The position numbers were made by a program, and so were the translations under genes. This document shows, one piece after another, positions 26,700 to 38,054 of a stretch of DNA of 57,350 nt. The stretch spans positions 1-57,350 of the forward strand of contig CAYSAM010000004.1 in assembly GCA_964429015.1 (NCBI GenBank), read 5' to 3'. Position 1 is the first letter of the stretch, and each line of letters starts with the position of its first letter. The notes beneath the pieces are model-generated. The model did no database searches, had not been told where the DNA came from, and was given only the letters and a program-made list of their open reading frames with translations. This DNA comes from an uncultured Pseudomonadales bacterium (GTDB lineage Bacteria > Patescibacteriota > Microgenomatia > UBA1400 > MFAQ01).

Positions 26700-27799
26700 A
26701 AATAGCTATTGATATTTCTCAGTCAATCTACGGGACAGGAGTATCCGTATATACAAAAGAAATAGTTACCCACTTAATAAAAAATTATCCTAACGACGAA
26801 TTCGTTCTTTTTGGCGGTTCGCTTAGGCGTGGAGAAGAATTAAAAAACTTTATAAAAAAAGCTGGAGGCATACCAAAGGTCTATCCCTTTCCCCCAACTT
26901 TAATGGACTTTGTCTGGAACTCCTTACATGTTTTTCCCATTGAGAAACTGGTTGGAAGAGTTGATCTAGTCCATACTTCAGACTGGACCGAGCCACCCTC
27001 AAAATTGCCAAAAATAACCACTGTTCACGATCTAATTCCTTTTAAATACCCCCAATCAACTACTTCAGGTATCAGAAACGCTCACAAAAAAAAGCTCGCC
27101 TGGGTAATCCGTGAGTCACAAAAAATAATAGCCGTGAGTGAATCAACAAAAAACGATTTGATTACTATACTTCGAGTTCCAGAAGAAAAAATTATAGTCA
27201 TCCCAGAAGGTGTTGAGGATAAAAATGTTCCACAACCATTAGACATACAAGAGATTGTTAAAAGACGCTATAAGACTGGTGATGACTTTATTTTTGCACT
27301 ATCTACTTTAGAACCAAGAAAAAACCAGGCAGGGTTAATTGAAGCCTTCAAAATCGTCAAAAAAACCTATCCCAATTTAAAGCTTTTAATAGGAGGTATG
27401 AAAAGAGCTGATAATGAAGTCGTCGAAGCTCCAGATGTAATTATGCCTGGGTATCTCCCTACATCAGATTTACCAGCTCTGTACTCTGCTTGCTTAGCTT
27501 TTGTTCACCCTGCTTTTTACGAAGGCTTTGGTTTGTCACCTCTTCAGGCTATGGCGTGTGGCGCACCGGTGGCAGTTTCCAACTGTTCTAGTTTGCCGGA
27601 AGTTGTGGGTAATGCGGGTATTCTTTTTGATCCTCACAGCGCAGAGTCTATCGCTTCGGGTATAATCAAGGCAATTCAAGATCGTGTCGCTCTAAAGCAA
27701 AAAGGCTTGGAACAAGCTAAAAAGTTTTCATTCGAAAAAGCCGCCAACAGAACCTATCGAGTCTATACTGAAGTGCTACAGAATCTTGGAAAAATATGA
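26696..27799 (+). CDS. Glycosyltransferase, GT4-type
   Basis: YEGFGLSPLQAMACGAPVAVSNCSSLPEVVG. Confidence 0.85.
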   Translation: MKIAIDISQSIYGTGVSVYTKEIVTHLIKNYPNDEFVLFGGSLRRGEELKNFIKKAGGIPKVYPFPPTLMDFVWNSLHVFPIEKLVGRVDLVHTSDWTEPPSKLPKITTVHDLIPFKYPQSTTSGIRNAHKKKLAWVIRESQKIIAVSESTKNDLITILRVPEEKIIVIPEGVEDKNVPQPLDIQEIVKRRYKTGDDFIFALSTLEPRKNQAGLIEAFKIVKKTYPNLKLLIGGMKRADNEVVEAPDVIMPGYLPTSDLPALYSACLAFVHPAFYEGFGLSPLQAMACGAPVAVSNCSSLPEVVGNAGILFDPHSAESIASGIIKAIQDRVALKQKGLEQAKKFSFEKAANRTYRVYTEVLQNLGKI

Positions 27800-28917
27800 T
27801 TATAGGCATAGATATTAATGAAGCAAACATTCCACAGCGAGTGGGTGTTAATCAGGTAGCCTTTAATATGTTTCAAAGTTTGGTGGAAGAGCTAGGTTCC
27901 GAAGATCAAATAATTGGTTTATCTAAGGAAAATCCACTACCAGATATGCCTCCAGCCTCAAAAAAACTTGTCTATGAAATTTTTGGGTCAAAAAAAGCCT
28001 GGGTCCTAACAAGTCTTACTAAGCGTTTGTTATTTGGTAAACCAAAAATAGACGTCTTATTTTCTCCCAGTCACTACACTCCACTTTTTTCAATAACACC
28101 AAGTATTATTTATTTAATGGATATGTCTTACGAGAGATTTGGTACAGAATTTTTTACAAGTTACGACATCAATCAGTTAAGAAGGTGGACTCCCTTATCA
28201 GTAAAAAAAGCCAAAAAAATAATTACTATTTCCGAGTTTTCCAAAAACGAAATTATAAATATTTACAAAACCAACCCCGAAAAAGTAGAAGTTGTTTATC
28301 CCTCCTTCAATAAAAGTCTGTTTAATGGTAAGGTGCCACAGACCAAAATAGCTCAACTAAGAAAAAAATATGGTATACAAGGTAAATACTTGTTTTACTG
28401 GGGAACACTGCAGCCAAGGAAAAACATCTCAAGGTTGATTGAAGCCTTTGCGTTGGTTGACAAACCTCAAGTAAAGCTCGTTATTTGCGGTAAAAAAGGT
28501 TGGCTTTACGATCAAATTTTTGAACTAGTTAAGCGTCGCAACTTAGAAAATAGAGTTATTTTTACCGGATTTGCTCCAGACGAGGATTTACCTGGTCTAA
28601 TTAAGTCTAGTTTAGGTTTCATTTTGCCAGGTCTTTATGAGGGTTTTGGTATGCCAGTTATTGAGGCGCAAGCCGTCGGTTGTCCAGTTGTTGTTTCGTC
28701 TACCAGTTCTTTGCCGGAGGTTGCAGGGGAATCTGCCATTTTTATAGAAGATCCAACTTCAGCAGTGAGCATAAAAAACGCAATTCTAAAATTGTTATCA
28801 CTAAATAAATCACAACGCGCTAGAATAATAAAGGAAGGCAAGGAAAACACTAAGAGGTTCGATTGGACAAACTCAGCCCGCAAAATAATTAATATATTTA
28901 AAAATGTTACATCCTAA
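27796..28917 (+). CDS. Glycosyltransferase, GT4-type (tandem paralogue)
   Basis: YEGFGMPVIEAQAVGCPVVVSSTSSLPEVAG. Confidence 0.85.
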   Translation: MIIGIDINEANIPQRVGVNQVAFNMFQSLVEELGSEDQIIGLSKENPLPDMPPASKKLVYEIFGSKKAWVLTSLTKRLLFGKPKIDVLFSPSHYTPLFSITPSIIYLMDMSYERFGTEFFTSYDINQLRRWTPLSVKKAKKIITISEFSKNEIINIYKTNPEKVEVVYPSFNKSLFNGKVPQTKIAQLRKKYGIQGKYLFYWGTLQPRKNISRLIEAFALVDKPQVKLVICGKKGWLYDQIFELVKRRNLENRVIFTGFAPDEDLPGLIKSSLGFILPGLYEGFGMPVIEAQAVGCPVVVSSTSSLPEVAGESAIFIEDPTSAVSIKNAILKLLSLNKSQRARIIKEGKENTKRFDWTNSARKIINIFKNVTS

Positions 28918-29539
28918 TCTAAATATCTCAAGTAAGGGAATTTTTTTTGTTGATAAAGAAGGCGAAAAGCTAAGTCTAAGATCAGCAATAAATAAAATTT
29001 TTACTCGCTTCTTCAACATTATTCTAGATTTTGAGCTACTATTACTAAAAATAGTAGGATTTATTCCCTCACACTTATTAAGAAACTTTTTATATCGATT
29101 GTTTGGTATAAAAATAGGTAAAAGAAGTGTTGTACATATGGGAGCAAACTTCTTTTTTCCAAAAAATATTTCAATTGGACAAGGAACCATCCTTGGTACT
29201 GGTATTTTTATTGATGGACGTGCCAAAGTAAAAATAGGAAATCATACCGATATAGCCTCAGAAGTTATGATTTATAATTCCGAACACGATTTGGTCAGTC
29301 CAACCTTTAAAGCAATTGAAGAGCCTGTAACCATAGGAGACTATTGTTTTATTGGACCTAGAGTTATTATTATGCCAGGTGTAAATATTGGTAATGGAGC
29401 TGTTGTCGCCGGCGGTGCCGTAGTTACCAAAGATGTTCCTGAAAGGGTAATTGTTGGAGGCATCCCCGCCAAAGTTATTGGTGAGAGAAAAGTGACAAAC
29501 CTAAATTACAAGCTTGGCCGCCCTAGATTGTTTCAGTAA
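28904..29539 (+). CDS. Hexapeptide-repeat (LbH) O-acetyltransferase with N-terminal hydrophobic segment
   Basis: IGNHTDIASEVMIYNSEHD...IGDYCFIGPRVIIMPGVNIGNGAVVAGGAVVTKDVPERVIVGGIPAKVIG. Confidence 0.85.
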   Translation: MLHPNLNISSKGIFFVDKEGEKLSLRSAINKIFTRFFNIILDFELLLLKIVGFIPSHLLRNFLYRLFGIKIGKRSVVHMGANFFFPKNISIGQGTILGTGIFIDGRAKVKIGNHTDIASEVMIYNSEHDLVSPTFKAIEEPVTIGDYCFIGPRVIIMPGVNIGNGAVVAGGAVVTKDVPERVIVGGIPAKVIGERKVTNLNYKLGRPRLFQ

Positions 29540-29540
29540 A

Positions 29541-30098
29541 ATGTTAAAAAAAATATTTCTTTTTAGTATTTATCTTTTTGGGCTTATATACCTCTTAACT
29601 CCCGCCAAACCACTACCATTTTTAGATAATGCCGTATTGTCTAACGAACCAGGAGATACTTGGCAACATCCAGATCAAAGAGGTTTTTACACTAACCTAA
29701 ATCGTTATCAAGTTTTAAAAGAAATTCAAAACAAGTTTCAGATCACTGTACTTGGAATAGGTATTCCAAGCTTTAGGTTAAATTACCGCCCGGAGGAAGC
29801 TCATGAGTTAGTCAGAGATCAGTTAAAAAGTTATTACCTAGAAGAAATTGTTTATCCACTACATAGTTCTGTATTTGTAAATGGTTGGGAGCCAAAAAAA
29901 TCTCCCTCAAATCTCAACAAACTACCAAAAGAGATTTCGGATATATCCATATATGGCGTTCCCTATGAAGCAAAAATCACTCTTAAACCACTCAATAGTC
30001 ACCCTACATCTCGAATTCTAATCTGGACAACAATGTTCCCGCTATTTTATTTAGTACAAAATTCACTCAAAAAAAGTTTAAATCATGGAAAAAAATAA
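29541..30098 (+). CDS. Hypothetical membrane-anchored protein
   Basis: ATG at 29541 preferred over TTG at 29514. N-terminal and C-terminal hydrophobic segments. No motif I recognise. Confidence 0.55.
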   Translation: MLKKIFLFSIYLFGLIYLLTPAKPLPFLDNAVLSNEPGDTWQHPDQRGFYTNLNRYQVLKEIQNKFQITVLGIGIPSFRLNYRPEEAHELVRDQLKSYYLEEIVYPLHSSVFVNGWEPKKSPSNLNKLPKEISDISIYGVPYEAKITLKPLNSHPTSRILIWTTMFPLFYLVQNSLKKSLNHGKK

Positions 30099-31041
30099 AA
30101 TATCTATTGTCATTGCTTCATATAACACTGCCTTAATCATTAAAGAGTGCATTCTTTCTGTAATTAAATACTCAAAAAATATTAATTTTGAGATAATTGT
30201 TGTCGACAACGCTTCAAGCGATGGCAGTATAGCAGAACTAAAGTTGCTCCAAAAAAAATACCCTGTTATAAAAATAATCAAACTAAAAAAGAATTACGGA
30301 TTTGGCAGAGCAAATAATGTTGGAGCCAAGGCCGCAAAAGGGGAGCATCTTTTGTTTTTAAACTCAGATACTCTATTTATTTCAAATGTTCTCCAGGATT
30401 TTCTGGACTATTATCAAAAAAATGCAGAGTATGGTGTCTACTCCTGTCAGCTTTTAAATAAAGATAAAAGTATCCAGCCTTCCTGTGGCTTTTTCCCTAA
30501 GATTAGTAATCTTATTGCTTGGCAGTTTTTTTTGGATGATCTGCCTCTTATTGGTAGTTTTTTTCACCCTATCCATCCTCACGAGCCAGGGTTTTCAGTT
30601 TGGAATAGATTTTTTAATCTAACCAGAAAAGCTAATGGCTATAGTATGGATCTTAACCCGGATTGGGTTACGGGCGCCTTTATGATTTTGCCTAAAAAAG
30701 TTTTTGAAAAACTAAGTGGTTTTGACAAAAAAATATTTATGTACACAGAGGAAATGGAGCTTACTTATCGAATTTCAAAACTTGGGTTAAAAACTTTTTT
30801 AAATTCTACTTCACATATCATCCACTTGGGTGGAGCTTCGGGGGGGTCGTTTTTGGCACTTACCAGTGAAATAAAATATATGATCTATTTTTGGCAGAAA
30901 CATTACCCTAAGTGGCAGTTACCTATTGTTCGAACAGTTTTTTACTTAGGTTCCTTGCTTCGGCTGTTAATATTTGGGATAATCAAAAATGATGAAACAT
31001 ATCGAAGAGTCTATTCTAAGGCTCTTAAACTCTGCTTTTAA
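30085..31041 (+). CDS. GT2 glycosyltransferase
   Basis: ISIVIASYN, IIVVDNASSDGS, LFLNSDT, GAFMILPKKVFEKLSGFDKKIFMYTEEMEL. Confidence 0.85.
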   Translation: MEKNKISIVIASYNTALIIKECILSVIKYSKNINFEIIVVDNASSDGSIAELKLLQKKYPVIKIIKLKKNYGFGRANNVGAKAAKGEHLLFLNSDTLFISNVLQDFLDYYQKNAEYGVYSCQLLNKDKSIQPSCGFFPKISNLIAWQFFLDDLPLIGSFFHPIHPHEPGFSVWNRFFNLTRKANGYSMDLNPDWVTGAFMILPKKVFEKLSGFDKKIFMYTEEMELTYRISKLGLKTFLNSTSHIIHLGGASGGSFLALTSEIKYMIYFWQKHYPKWQLPIVRTVFYLGSLLRLLIFGIIKNDETYRRVYSKALKLCF

Positions 31042-32299
31042 ATATCTCGTCGCCTCACTACTTATTTTTATTCCACTTTATCCAAAGTTTCCTTTGTTTG
31101 TGGTTCCTTACACTTATGTAGCAATAAGGTCAGAAGATTTTTTAATTTCACTAACTATTTTGGTCTTTATTGTTAAAACCCTTATTGCCAAAAAAATTAA
31201 GTTACCAAGTATTAGCTATCAGTTTTTTGTTTATTTGCTTGTTGGAATTGCTAGTTGTTTTTCTGCTGTTTTAATTACAAAAAATGTAAACCCCCCATTG
31301 GTTTTTTTACACTGGTTTCGTCGTGTTGAGTATATGTCACTCTTCTTTATTGTTTATTATGCTGCTCAAAATAGCAGTCATCGCAAATATTTTTTTGAGC
31401 TAGCTATTTACCCCAGTCTGGGAGTTTTGCTTTACGGTTTGGCTCAAATATATCTAGGTGCCCCTGTAATCTCAACAATGGATTCTGAATCTAGCAAGGG
31501 TGTAGCTCTTACATTACGCCCCGGGGTTATGCTCAATAGCACTTTTGCTGGTCACTACGATTTGGCCATCTATTTAATAATGATAATGACCTTTTTGGCA
31601 TCTTTATCTTTTTCTTGTAAAAAAAGATCCCAACAAGTTCTATTAACTATTCCATTTTTAGGCTTGCTTTGGCTATTTATGCAAGCGGGATCTAGAATTG
31701 GCCTGCTGGGGTTGTTTTTGTCCATCTCAATAATTGGTTACTACTACAAAAAGTACCTATTAGCCTTTTTGTACCTTACCCTCGTTTCTCTTGCTGTTTT
31801 TACTTCCCCTCAATACATTAGCCGCTTTATGAACATTGTTAAGGTGGTAAAAGTAAAAATTAGTCAAAACATCTTTGTTGCCCCAGTTCATGCTGCAGCC
31901 GAGGAAAAAAGATCAATCCAAAACGATACTTCAACAAGTATTCGTTTTGATGTAGAATGGCCGCGAGCAATGAGATCTTTTTACAAAAATCCACTCTTAG
32001 GTACTGGGTATTCATCCATATCCTTAGCAACCGATAATGATTACTTAAGATCTTTAGGAGAAACTGGTTTACTAGGTTTAATTTCTTTTCTTGCAATTTT
32101 AATTTATATTTTTAATAACCTAAAAATACTAATATCTACAACCTCTGGACTCGATAAAATCATAAATATCTCGACAATGGGTATATTTGTTGCCTTTATT
32201 ACTTCCGCCATTTTTATTGATGTTTTTGAGTCCAGTAAAGTTGCAACTCTTTTTTGGGCCTATTTGGGATTAGCATTTAGTACAAAGTCGCAATCATGA
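30989..32299 (+). CDS. O-antigen ligase/polymerase-like membrane protein (Wzy_C-type)
   Basis: 436 aa polytopic. QAGSRIGLLGLFLS followed by a large loop and GTGYSS. 53-nt overlap upstream. Confidence 0.65.
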   Translation: MMKHIEESILRLLNSAFKYLVASLLIFIPLYPKFPLFVVPYTYVAIRSEDFLISLTILVFIVKTLIAKKIKLPSISYQFFVYLLVGIASCFSAVLITKNVNPPLVFLHWFRRVEYMSLFFIVYYAAQNSSHRKYFFELAIYPSLGVLLYGLAQIYLGAPVISTMDSESSKGVALTLRPGVMLNSTFAGHYDLAIYLIMIMTFLASLSFSCKKRSQQVLLTIPFLGLLWLFMQAGSRIGLLGLFLSISIIGYYYKKYLLAFLYLTLVSLAVFTSPQYISRFMNIVKVVKVKISQNIFVAPVHAAAEEKRSIQNDTSTSIRFDVEWPRAMRSFYKNPLLGTGYSSISLATDNDYLRSLGETGLLGLISFLAILIYIFNNLKILISTTSGLDKIINISTMGIFVAFITSAIFIDVFESSKVATLFWAYLGLAFSTKSQS

Positions 32300-33723
32300 A
32301 AAAAATACTTATAGTTTTGTGTTTAGTGTTAGGTTTTTCTTTAAGGCTCTATAAAATAGATAACCCTGTTGCAGACTGGCACTCTTTTAGGCAGGCAGAT
32401 ACCGCCTCGGTAACCAGGAATTTCGTAAAAAATGGCGTTAACCTCCTTGTACCTACCTATCACGATCATTCCAATATCCAGTCTGGAAAAGATAATCCAA
32501 ACGGTTTCAGGATGGTAGAGTTTCCCTTATACAACTTTCTCCATTACTCCGTTTATAGTGTCGCTCCACAACTAGGTTTGGATATGGCCGGTAGGCTGAC
32601 CTCTGTTATCTTGTCAACTTTCTCAATTTTATTTGTTTATTTAATAGGAAATCATCTTTCAGGGTTTTTTGTAGGCTGGCTGTCAGCATTATTTATGGCA
32701 GTTTTGCCATTTAACGTTTATTACTCCAGAGTAATACTCCCAGAGCCTTTAATGATCTTTTCAGTACTTTTGTCTTATCTCTTGCTTCTAAATCTTTCCG
32801 AAAAAAATCCTTGGCAAAAAAATATTTACTTTTTTTTCTCCGCCATCTTTTTTGCCATAGCTGTATTAGTAAAACCCTTTGCCCTCTTTTTTGCTCTTCC
32901 TCACCTTGCTCTAATAATTAGATATTTGGTTCGCAAAGAAATTAATCTGATTTCATTTTTTGTTTATGGAATTCTTTCGCTGACCCCCTTTATTCTTTGG
33001 CGCAAACATATTTTGCAGTACCCTGCAGGTATCCCCGCAAGTGACTGGCTACTAAATTCTCACGGAATTAGATTTCGGCCCGCTTGGTTTAGATGGCTTT
33101 TTGGCGAGCGCCTAGGAAAACTAATCCTTGGTATCTATGGAACCTTGTTTTTATCCCTAGGACTTATTTCCAAACCTCTAAAAGAGGGGATTGCTTACTG
33201 GCTTTGGGGAATAGGAATACTGCTTTATTTTTCTGTCGTCGCCGGAGGCAATGTTCAACACGACTACTACCAAGCCATAATTATTCCCTTTATTTGTTTC
33301 TTTTTGGCAAAAGGGGTTATTTTGGTAGCAAGTCTTTCAAAAACTATATATTCTCGCTTCCTTAGCTTACTAATGACGGCAGCGATTTTTGTAACAATGA
33401 TATCGCTTTCTTGGTACGAGATTAAAGGTTACTACCAGATAAATAATTGGCCAATAGTTGAAGCTGGTAAAAGGGTTGCTGAGCTGACGCCAATCAATTC
33501 CTTAGTGATTGCACCATATAATGGTGACACAGCCTTTTTATACCAAACTGAGCGTTCTGGTTGGCCTTTAGGTTATGACATAGAAGATAAAATTAAAAAA
33601 GGTGCTACGCACTATGTGAGTGTCAGTTACGACGACGAAGCAAGAAAATTGGAAAAAGAATACTCTTTAGTAGAAAAAACCGATAAATATATAATTATCG
33701 ACTTAAGTAAAAAAAATAAATGA
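32296..33723 (+). CDS. Polytopic membrane glycosyltransferase, GT39/ArnT-like (GT-C)
   Basis: 475 aa. WHSFRQADTASVTRNF first-loop motif, about 11 TM helices, soluble C-terminus. Confidence 0.7.
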   Translation: MKKILIVLCLVLGFSLRLYKIDNPVADWHSFRQADTASVTRNFVKNGVNLLVPTYHDHSNIQSGKDNPNGFRMVEFPLYNFLHYSVYSVAPQLGLDMAGRLTSVILSTFSILFVYLIGNHLSGFFVGWLSALFMAVLPFNVYYSRVILPEPLMIFSVLLSYLLLLNLSEKNPWQKNIYFFFSAIFFAIAVLVKPFALFFALPHLALIIRYLVRKEINLISFFVYGILSLTPFILWRKHILQYPAGIPASDWLLNSHGIRFRPAWFRWLFGERLGKLILGIYGTLFLSLGLISKPLKEGIAYWLWGIGILLYFSVVAGGNVQHDYYQAIIIPFICFFLAKGVILVASLSKTIYSRFLSLLMTAAIFVTMISLSWYEIKGYYQINNWPIVEAGKRVAELTPINSLVIAPYNGDTAFLYQTERSGWPLGYDIEDKIKKGATHYVSVSYDDEARKLEKEYSLVEKTDKYIIIDLSKKNK

Positions 33724-34916
33724 AGATTCTAATGCTTACACCATATTTGCCTTTTCCAGATTCTTCTGGTGGGCAAATTCGTACTCAAAATCTTTTAAAA
33801 CATCTCTGTAAAAAACACGAGATAACTTTAATATCTCTAATAAAGGACTCTGAAGAAAACAAAAACATTAAACCATTATTGAAGTACTGTAAGAAGGTTT
33901 TAACTTTTCAGCGAAGCAAGAATCCTTGGACAATAAAAAATATTCTTAAAACTGGGTTTTCCTTGGATCCATTTCTAATTGTCCGAAACTTTGCTCCTGG
34001 GGTTAAGGAGGTGGTTGCTAAAGAGCTCTCTACTGGTAAATATGATCTGATCCATGCAGAAACTTTTTATGTTATGCCAAGCATCCCCCAAACTAACCTA
34101 CCCATAATCTTGGTCGATCAAACTATAGAATACTTGGTTTATCAGCACTATGTGAACGAAACAGCACCCTGGTTTATAAGACCGCTTCTTCAAATAGATG
34201 TTGAAAAAATGAAGTACAAAGAAAGACTCTACTGGAAAAAGGCAACCCAAGTTGTTGCGGTTTCCGAGGCAGACAAAGAAGAGATGCATAAGTTAGAGCC
34301 TAACTTAGATATAAAAATTATTCCCAACGGAGTCAATCTAGATTTATTCCGTAAAAAAACAAATTGGGACAGTAGTAATAAAGCCATTTTACAGATAAGT
34401 AACTTTAAATGGCTCCAAAACGTTGAGGCTGCTCACGTTTTAATTGAAAAAGTTTTTCCCTTAGTAAAAAAGAAAATAACTGACGCAAAACTTTGGATTG
34501 TTGGTCAGCACATTCCAAAAGATATTTTAAATCTAAATAGTGCTGATATTCTTGTAAAGTCAGTACCTGAAGATGATGCTAAGTCTTTGGTTGACGCTTG
34601 GCATGATGCTGGTGTTTTCGCTTCAACAATTAAAGGTCCTGGCGGAACTAGACTAAAAAACTTGGCAGCCATGGCAAGTCAGTTACCAATAGTTTCCACC
34701 AGGGTTGGAGTTGAAGGTTTAAAAGTTAAAGATAAAGAGCATGTTTTAATTGGAAATAGTGCTCAAAAAATGGCAAGCTTAATAATAAAAGTCATTAAAA
34801 ACCCCAAACTTGCCAAAAAAATCTCACTTGCTACTCGTAAACACGTTGAAAAAAACTTTGATTGGCGCATAATTGCCGATAAGCTCGATGGTTTATATAT
34901 AGATTTAAAAAAATGA
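33720..34916 (+). CDS. Glycosyltransferase, GT4-like
   Basis: [30 protein letters not shown]-terminus. [28 protein letters not shown]-terminal domain. Confidence 0.75.
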   Translation: MKILMLTPYLPFPDSSGGQIRTQNLLKHLCKKHEITLISLIKDSEENKNIKPLLKYCKKVLTFQRSKNPWTIKNILKTGFSLDPFLIVRNFAPGVKEVVAKELSTGKYDLIHAETFYVMPSIPQTNLPIILVDQTIEYLVYQHYVNETAPWFIRPLLQIDVEKMKYKERLYWKKATQVVAVSEADKEEMHKLEPNLDIKIIPNGVNLDLFRKKTNWDSSNKAILQISNFKWLQNVEAAHVLIEKVFPLVKKKITDAKLWIVGQHIPKDILNLNSADILVKSVPEDDAKSLVDAWHDAGVFASTIKGPGGTRLKNLAAMASQLPIVSTRVGVEGLKVKDKEHVLIGNSAQKMASLIIKVIKNPKLAKKISLATRKHVEKNFDWRIIADKLDGLYIDLKK

Positions 34917-35830
34917 CAAACAAAAAACTAGATCTTGCCGTAATAATTATTAGCTACAACACTTGCCAGCTCTTGGACGACTGTATAAAGTCCATTTACA
35001 GCTCCTATCAACCAAGTAAGGGGTTAGAAATAATCGTTGTCGACAATAACTCACAAGATGGCAGCGTTAATATGATTGAGAAAAAATACCCCAAAGTTAA
35101 ACTCATAAAGAATAAGAAAAACACAGGGTTCTCACATGCTAATAACCAGGCAGCAAAAATAGCTAGCTCTAGTTATCTATTGTTTTTAAATTCTGACACT
35201 GTCTTGAGAAAGTTTAGCTTGGTAAAGCCCCTAAAATATCTCAAAACCCATCCCGAAGCGGGAGGGGTGACAATTAAACTTGTACTCAAAAACGGAAAAC
35301 AAGATCTCGATAACCACCGTGGTTTTCCAACACCCTGGACAGCTCTTTGTAAGTTTGGTGGTCTATCTAACATTTTTCCCAACTCAACTTTTTTTAATAA
35401 CTATCATTTAGGCCTAAAAAATCTTAACAAAGTTCATCAAATACCTGTAACAGCAGGATCATTTCTTATGATGCCTGCCAAATTTTTTGAAGAAATAGGT
35501 GGGTGGGACGATTCTTACTTTTTTTATGGTGAAGATATCGATATCTCTTATCGAATAAATGAATTGGGAAAAAAAATAATATACTATCCCAAAACCCAGG
35601 CACTTCACCTGAGAGGAGCCTCATCGGGACTAAGAAAAGAAAATGAAAATAACGCCGCCTCGGACAAAGAAAATCGACTAAGAGTAGCTAAGGCCTCAGT
35701 TGATGCTTGGAAAAAATTTTATAAAAAGTTTTATGTCAACAAATATCCTAAAATAGTTACCTCAACAGTTCTTTTTGGAATATCAACTTTAGGGTTTTTT
35801 CGTTTACTAAAATACAAGCTAAAAAAATGA
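34913..35830 (+). CDS. GT2 glycosyltransferase
   Basis: [57 protein letters not shown]. Confidence 0.85.
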   Translation: MTNKKLDLAVIIISYNTCQLLDDCIKSIYSSYQPSKGLEIIVVDNNSQDGSVNMIEKKYPKVKLIKNKKNTGFSHANNQAAKIASSSYLLFLNSDTVLRKFSLVKPLKYLKTHPEAGGVTIKLVLKNGKQDLDNHRGFPTPWTALCKFGGLSNIFPNSTFFNNYHLGLKNLNKVHQIPVTAGSFLMMPAKFFEEIGGWDDSYFFYGEDIDISYRINELGKKIIYYPKTQALHLRGASSGLRKENENNAASDKENRLRVAKASVDAWKKFYKKFYVNKYPKIVTSTVLFGISTLGFFRLLKYKLKK

Positions 35831-36966
35831 AAATTGGTATTGATGCCAGACTGTATGGGGTTGAGCACACTGGTCTTGGGAGGTACGTCTATGAATTGGT
35901 AAACAATATCCTTAAAAACGACAAAAAAAACGACTATGTCTTATTTTTAAATTCCAAACACGCCAGCGATTTTCAAAACTTTAAAAGAGTAAAGACGGTC
36001 GTAACCAACATACCAATATATAGTTTTTCTGAGCAATTAGTCCTTCCGATGATATTTACAAAGGAAAAACTTGATTTGTTACATATCCCAGTCTTCAACG
36101 CCCCACTATTATATCCAGGTAAATATGTTTTAACTATTCACGATTTAATAAAGCACGACTCAAAGGGTCTAGATACTACAACGAGGTCAATGTGGATGTA
36201 CTTTTTTTTAAGAGCGGGATACTTACTTTTGTCTTCTCTTATTACCAAAAGGGCAAGTCACATTATTGTTCCAACTGAGTTTGTTAAAAAAGATGTAACT
36301 GCAAGGTTAAGGGTACCAGCGCACAAAGTATCTGTAACATATGAGGCAGTTTCCGGCTCACTTAAAGATCTTGTCTTAAGTGAAAAAGAAAAAAAACAAA
36401 CCCTAAGTAAATATCAACTTTCCCAGCCCTTTCTTGTTTACACAGGCAATGTTTATCCTCATAAAAATATCGACATTCTTATCGACGCAGTTTGCCAACA
36501 CAATCAAGAAAAAGAAGTTGACGTGGACTTGGCAATAATTTGTGCTCGTTCCATTTTTTGGGAGAGATTAAATAAAAAAATACAAGATAGAGGAGTGGGT
36601 GACCACATTAAACTATTAGGCTTTTTGGACGACAACGAGATTTCTAGATTGTATAGTTTGGCTTTAGCACTTGTCCATCCGAGCAAAATGGAAGGATTTG
36701 GACTAACCGGTTTGGAGGCTATGAATGTTGGCTTGCCGGTAGTTTCGAGTAATGCCAGTTGTTTGCCAGAGGTTTATGGAGACGCAGCTTTATTTTTTGA
36801 TCCGAATAGTCTTGATGATTTGGTAAAAAAAATAAATCAAATCATAAAAGATTCCGAACTTAGAACATCTCTTGCTGCCAAAGGATACCAGCAAGCCAAA
36901 AAGTACTCTTGGCAAAAAATGGCAACTCAAACAAAGAACATCTACGATAAGTTATTTACAAAATGA
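35827..36966 (+). CDS. Glycosyltransferase, GT4-type
   Basis: [31 protein letters not shown]. Confidence 0.85.
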   Translation: MKIGIDARLYGVEHTGLGRYVYELVNNILKNDKKNDYVLFLNSKHASDFQNFKRVKTVVTNIPIYSFSEQLVLPMIFTKEKLDLLHIPVFNAPLLYPGKYVLTIHDLIKHDSKGLDTTTRSMWMYFFLRAGYLLLSSLITKRASHIIVPTEFVKKDVTARLRVPAHKVSVTYEAVSGSLKDLVLSEKEKKQTLSKYQLSQPFLVYTGNVYPHKNIDILIDAVCQHNQEKEVDVDLAIICARSIFWERLNKKIQDRGVGDHIKLLGFLDDNEISRLYSLALALVHPSKMEGFGLTGLEAMNVGLPVVSSNASCLPEVYGDAALFFDPNSLDDLVKKINQIIKDSELRTSLAAKGYQQAKKYSWQKMATQTKNIYDKLFTK

Positions 36967-38054
36967 AAGTTGCTATTGTTTACGATAGAGTAAATAAGTA
37001 CGGCGGAGCAGAAAGATTTTTAGAAACCATACTAGATATTTTCCCCAAAGCTCCAATATTTACTTTGGTTGCCAGCACATATTTACCAAGCTGGTCAAGA
37101 AAAAATAAGGTTTACCCAACTTTTTTAAATTGGTTTCCTTTTTTAAGAACAAGACACGAGTTGCTGGCACCTATCGCCCCAATGGCATTTGAAACTCATA
37201 ACTTAAAAGACTACGACCTCATAATTAGTGTAACCAGTGCCGACGCTAAATCTGTTGTTACCTTACCACACCAAACCCATATTTGTATTTGTCTTACCCC
37301 AACTCGCTATTTATGGAGTGGACAAAAGGAATATAGAAAAGATCCAAAGCTAAAATTTTTACCCCAATTTTTACTAAAATATTTTAAGTTTGTTGATCTT
37401 CTGCTCTCAACGAGGCCAGACTATTTTATTGCCATTTCCAAGGAGGTAAAGAAACGAATTCAAAAATATTACCATAGGGAGTCTACTGTTATATATCCTC
37501 CCGTAGATAATCAGTTTTTTGTAAAAAAGCCTGTTAACCAAAAAAGTAGAAAATATTACTTGATTGTTTCCCGCCTGGTACCATACAAAAAAATAGATTT
37601 AGTAATTAGTGCATTTAATAAAAACAAGCAAAAACTGATAATTGTAGGGGAGGGGAGCGAGTTAAATATTTTGCAAAAACAAGCCAAAAGAAATATAAAA
37701 TTTGTTGGTTTAGTGCACGATGAGGAGTTAAAACAATATTATCAAAACGCAAAAGCGGTAATTTTTCCCCAACGAGAGGACTTTGGCTTGGTTCCACTCG
37801 AGTCACAAGCATCAGGCACACCTGTAATTGCCTACAACTATGGGGGTGCCAAGGAAACAATAGTCAAAAACCAAACTGGTATTTTTTTTCAACACCAGAC
37901 TGTTACTTCTATAAACTTGGCCATAAAAAAATTTTCCAAGTTAAATATTGAATATGATGCTTGTTTGAATAATGCTAAGAAGTTCAACACTCTACGCTTT
38001 AAAAAAGAGCTCCTTTATTGTGTCAACAATGCCTTAGCTAATACTGCTAATTAA
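36963..38054 (+). CDS. Glycosyltransferase, GT4-type
   Basis: [20 protein letters not shown]-terminus. REDFGLVPLESQASGTPVIAYNYGGAKETI. Confidence 0.8.
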   Translation: MKVAIVYDRVNKYGGAERFLETILDIFPKAPIFTLVASTYLPSWSRKNKVYPTFLNWFPFLRTRHELLAPIAPMAFETHNLKDYDLIISVTSADAKSVVTLPHQTHICICLTPTRYLWSGQKEYRKDPKLKFLPQFLLKYFKFVDLLLSTRPDYFIAISKEVKKRIQKYYHRESTVIYPPVDNQFFVKKPVNQKSRKYYLIVSRLVPYKKIDLVISAFNKNKQKLIIVGEGSELNILQKQAKRNIKFVGLVHDEELKQYYQNAKAVIFPQREDFGLVPLESQASGTPVIAYNYGGAKETIVKNQTGIFFQHQTVTSINLAIKKFSKLNIEYDACLNNAKKFNTLRFKKELLYCVNNALANTAN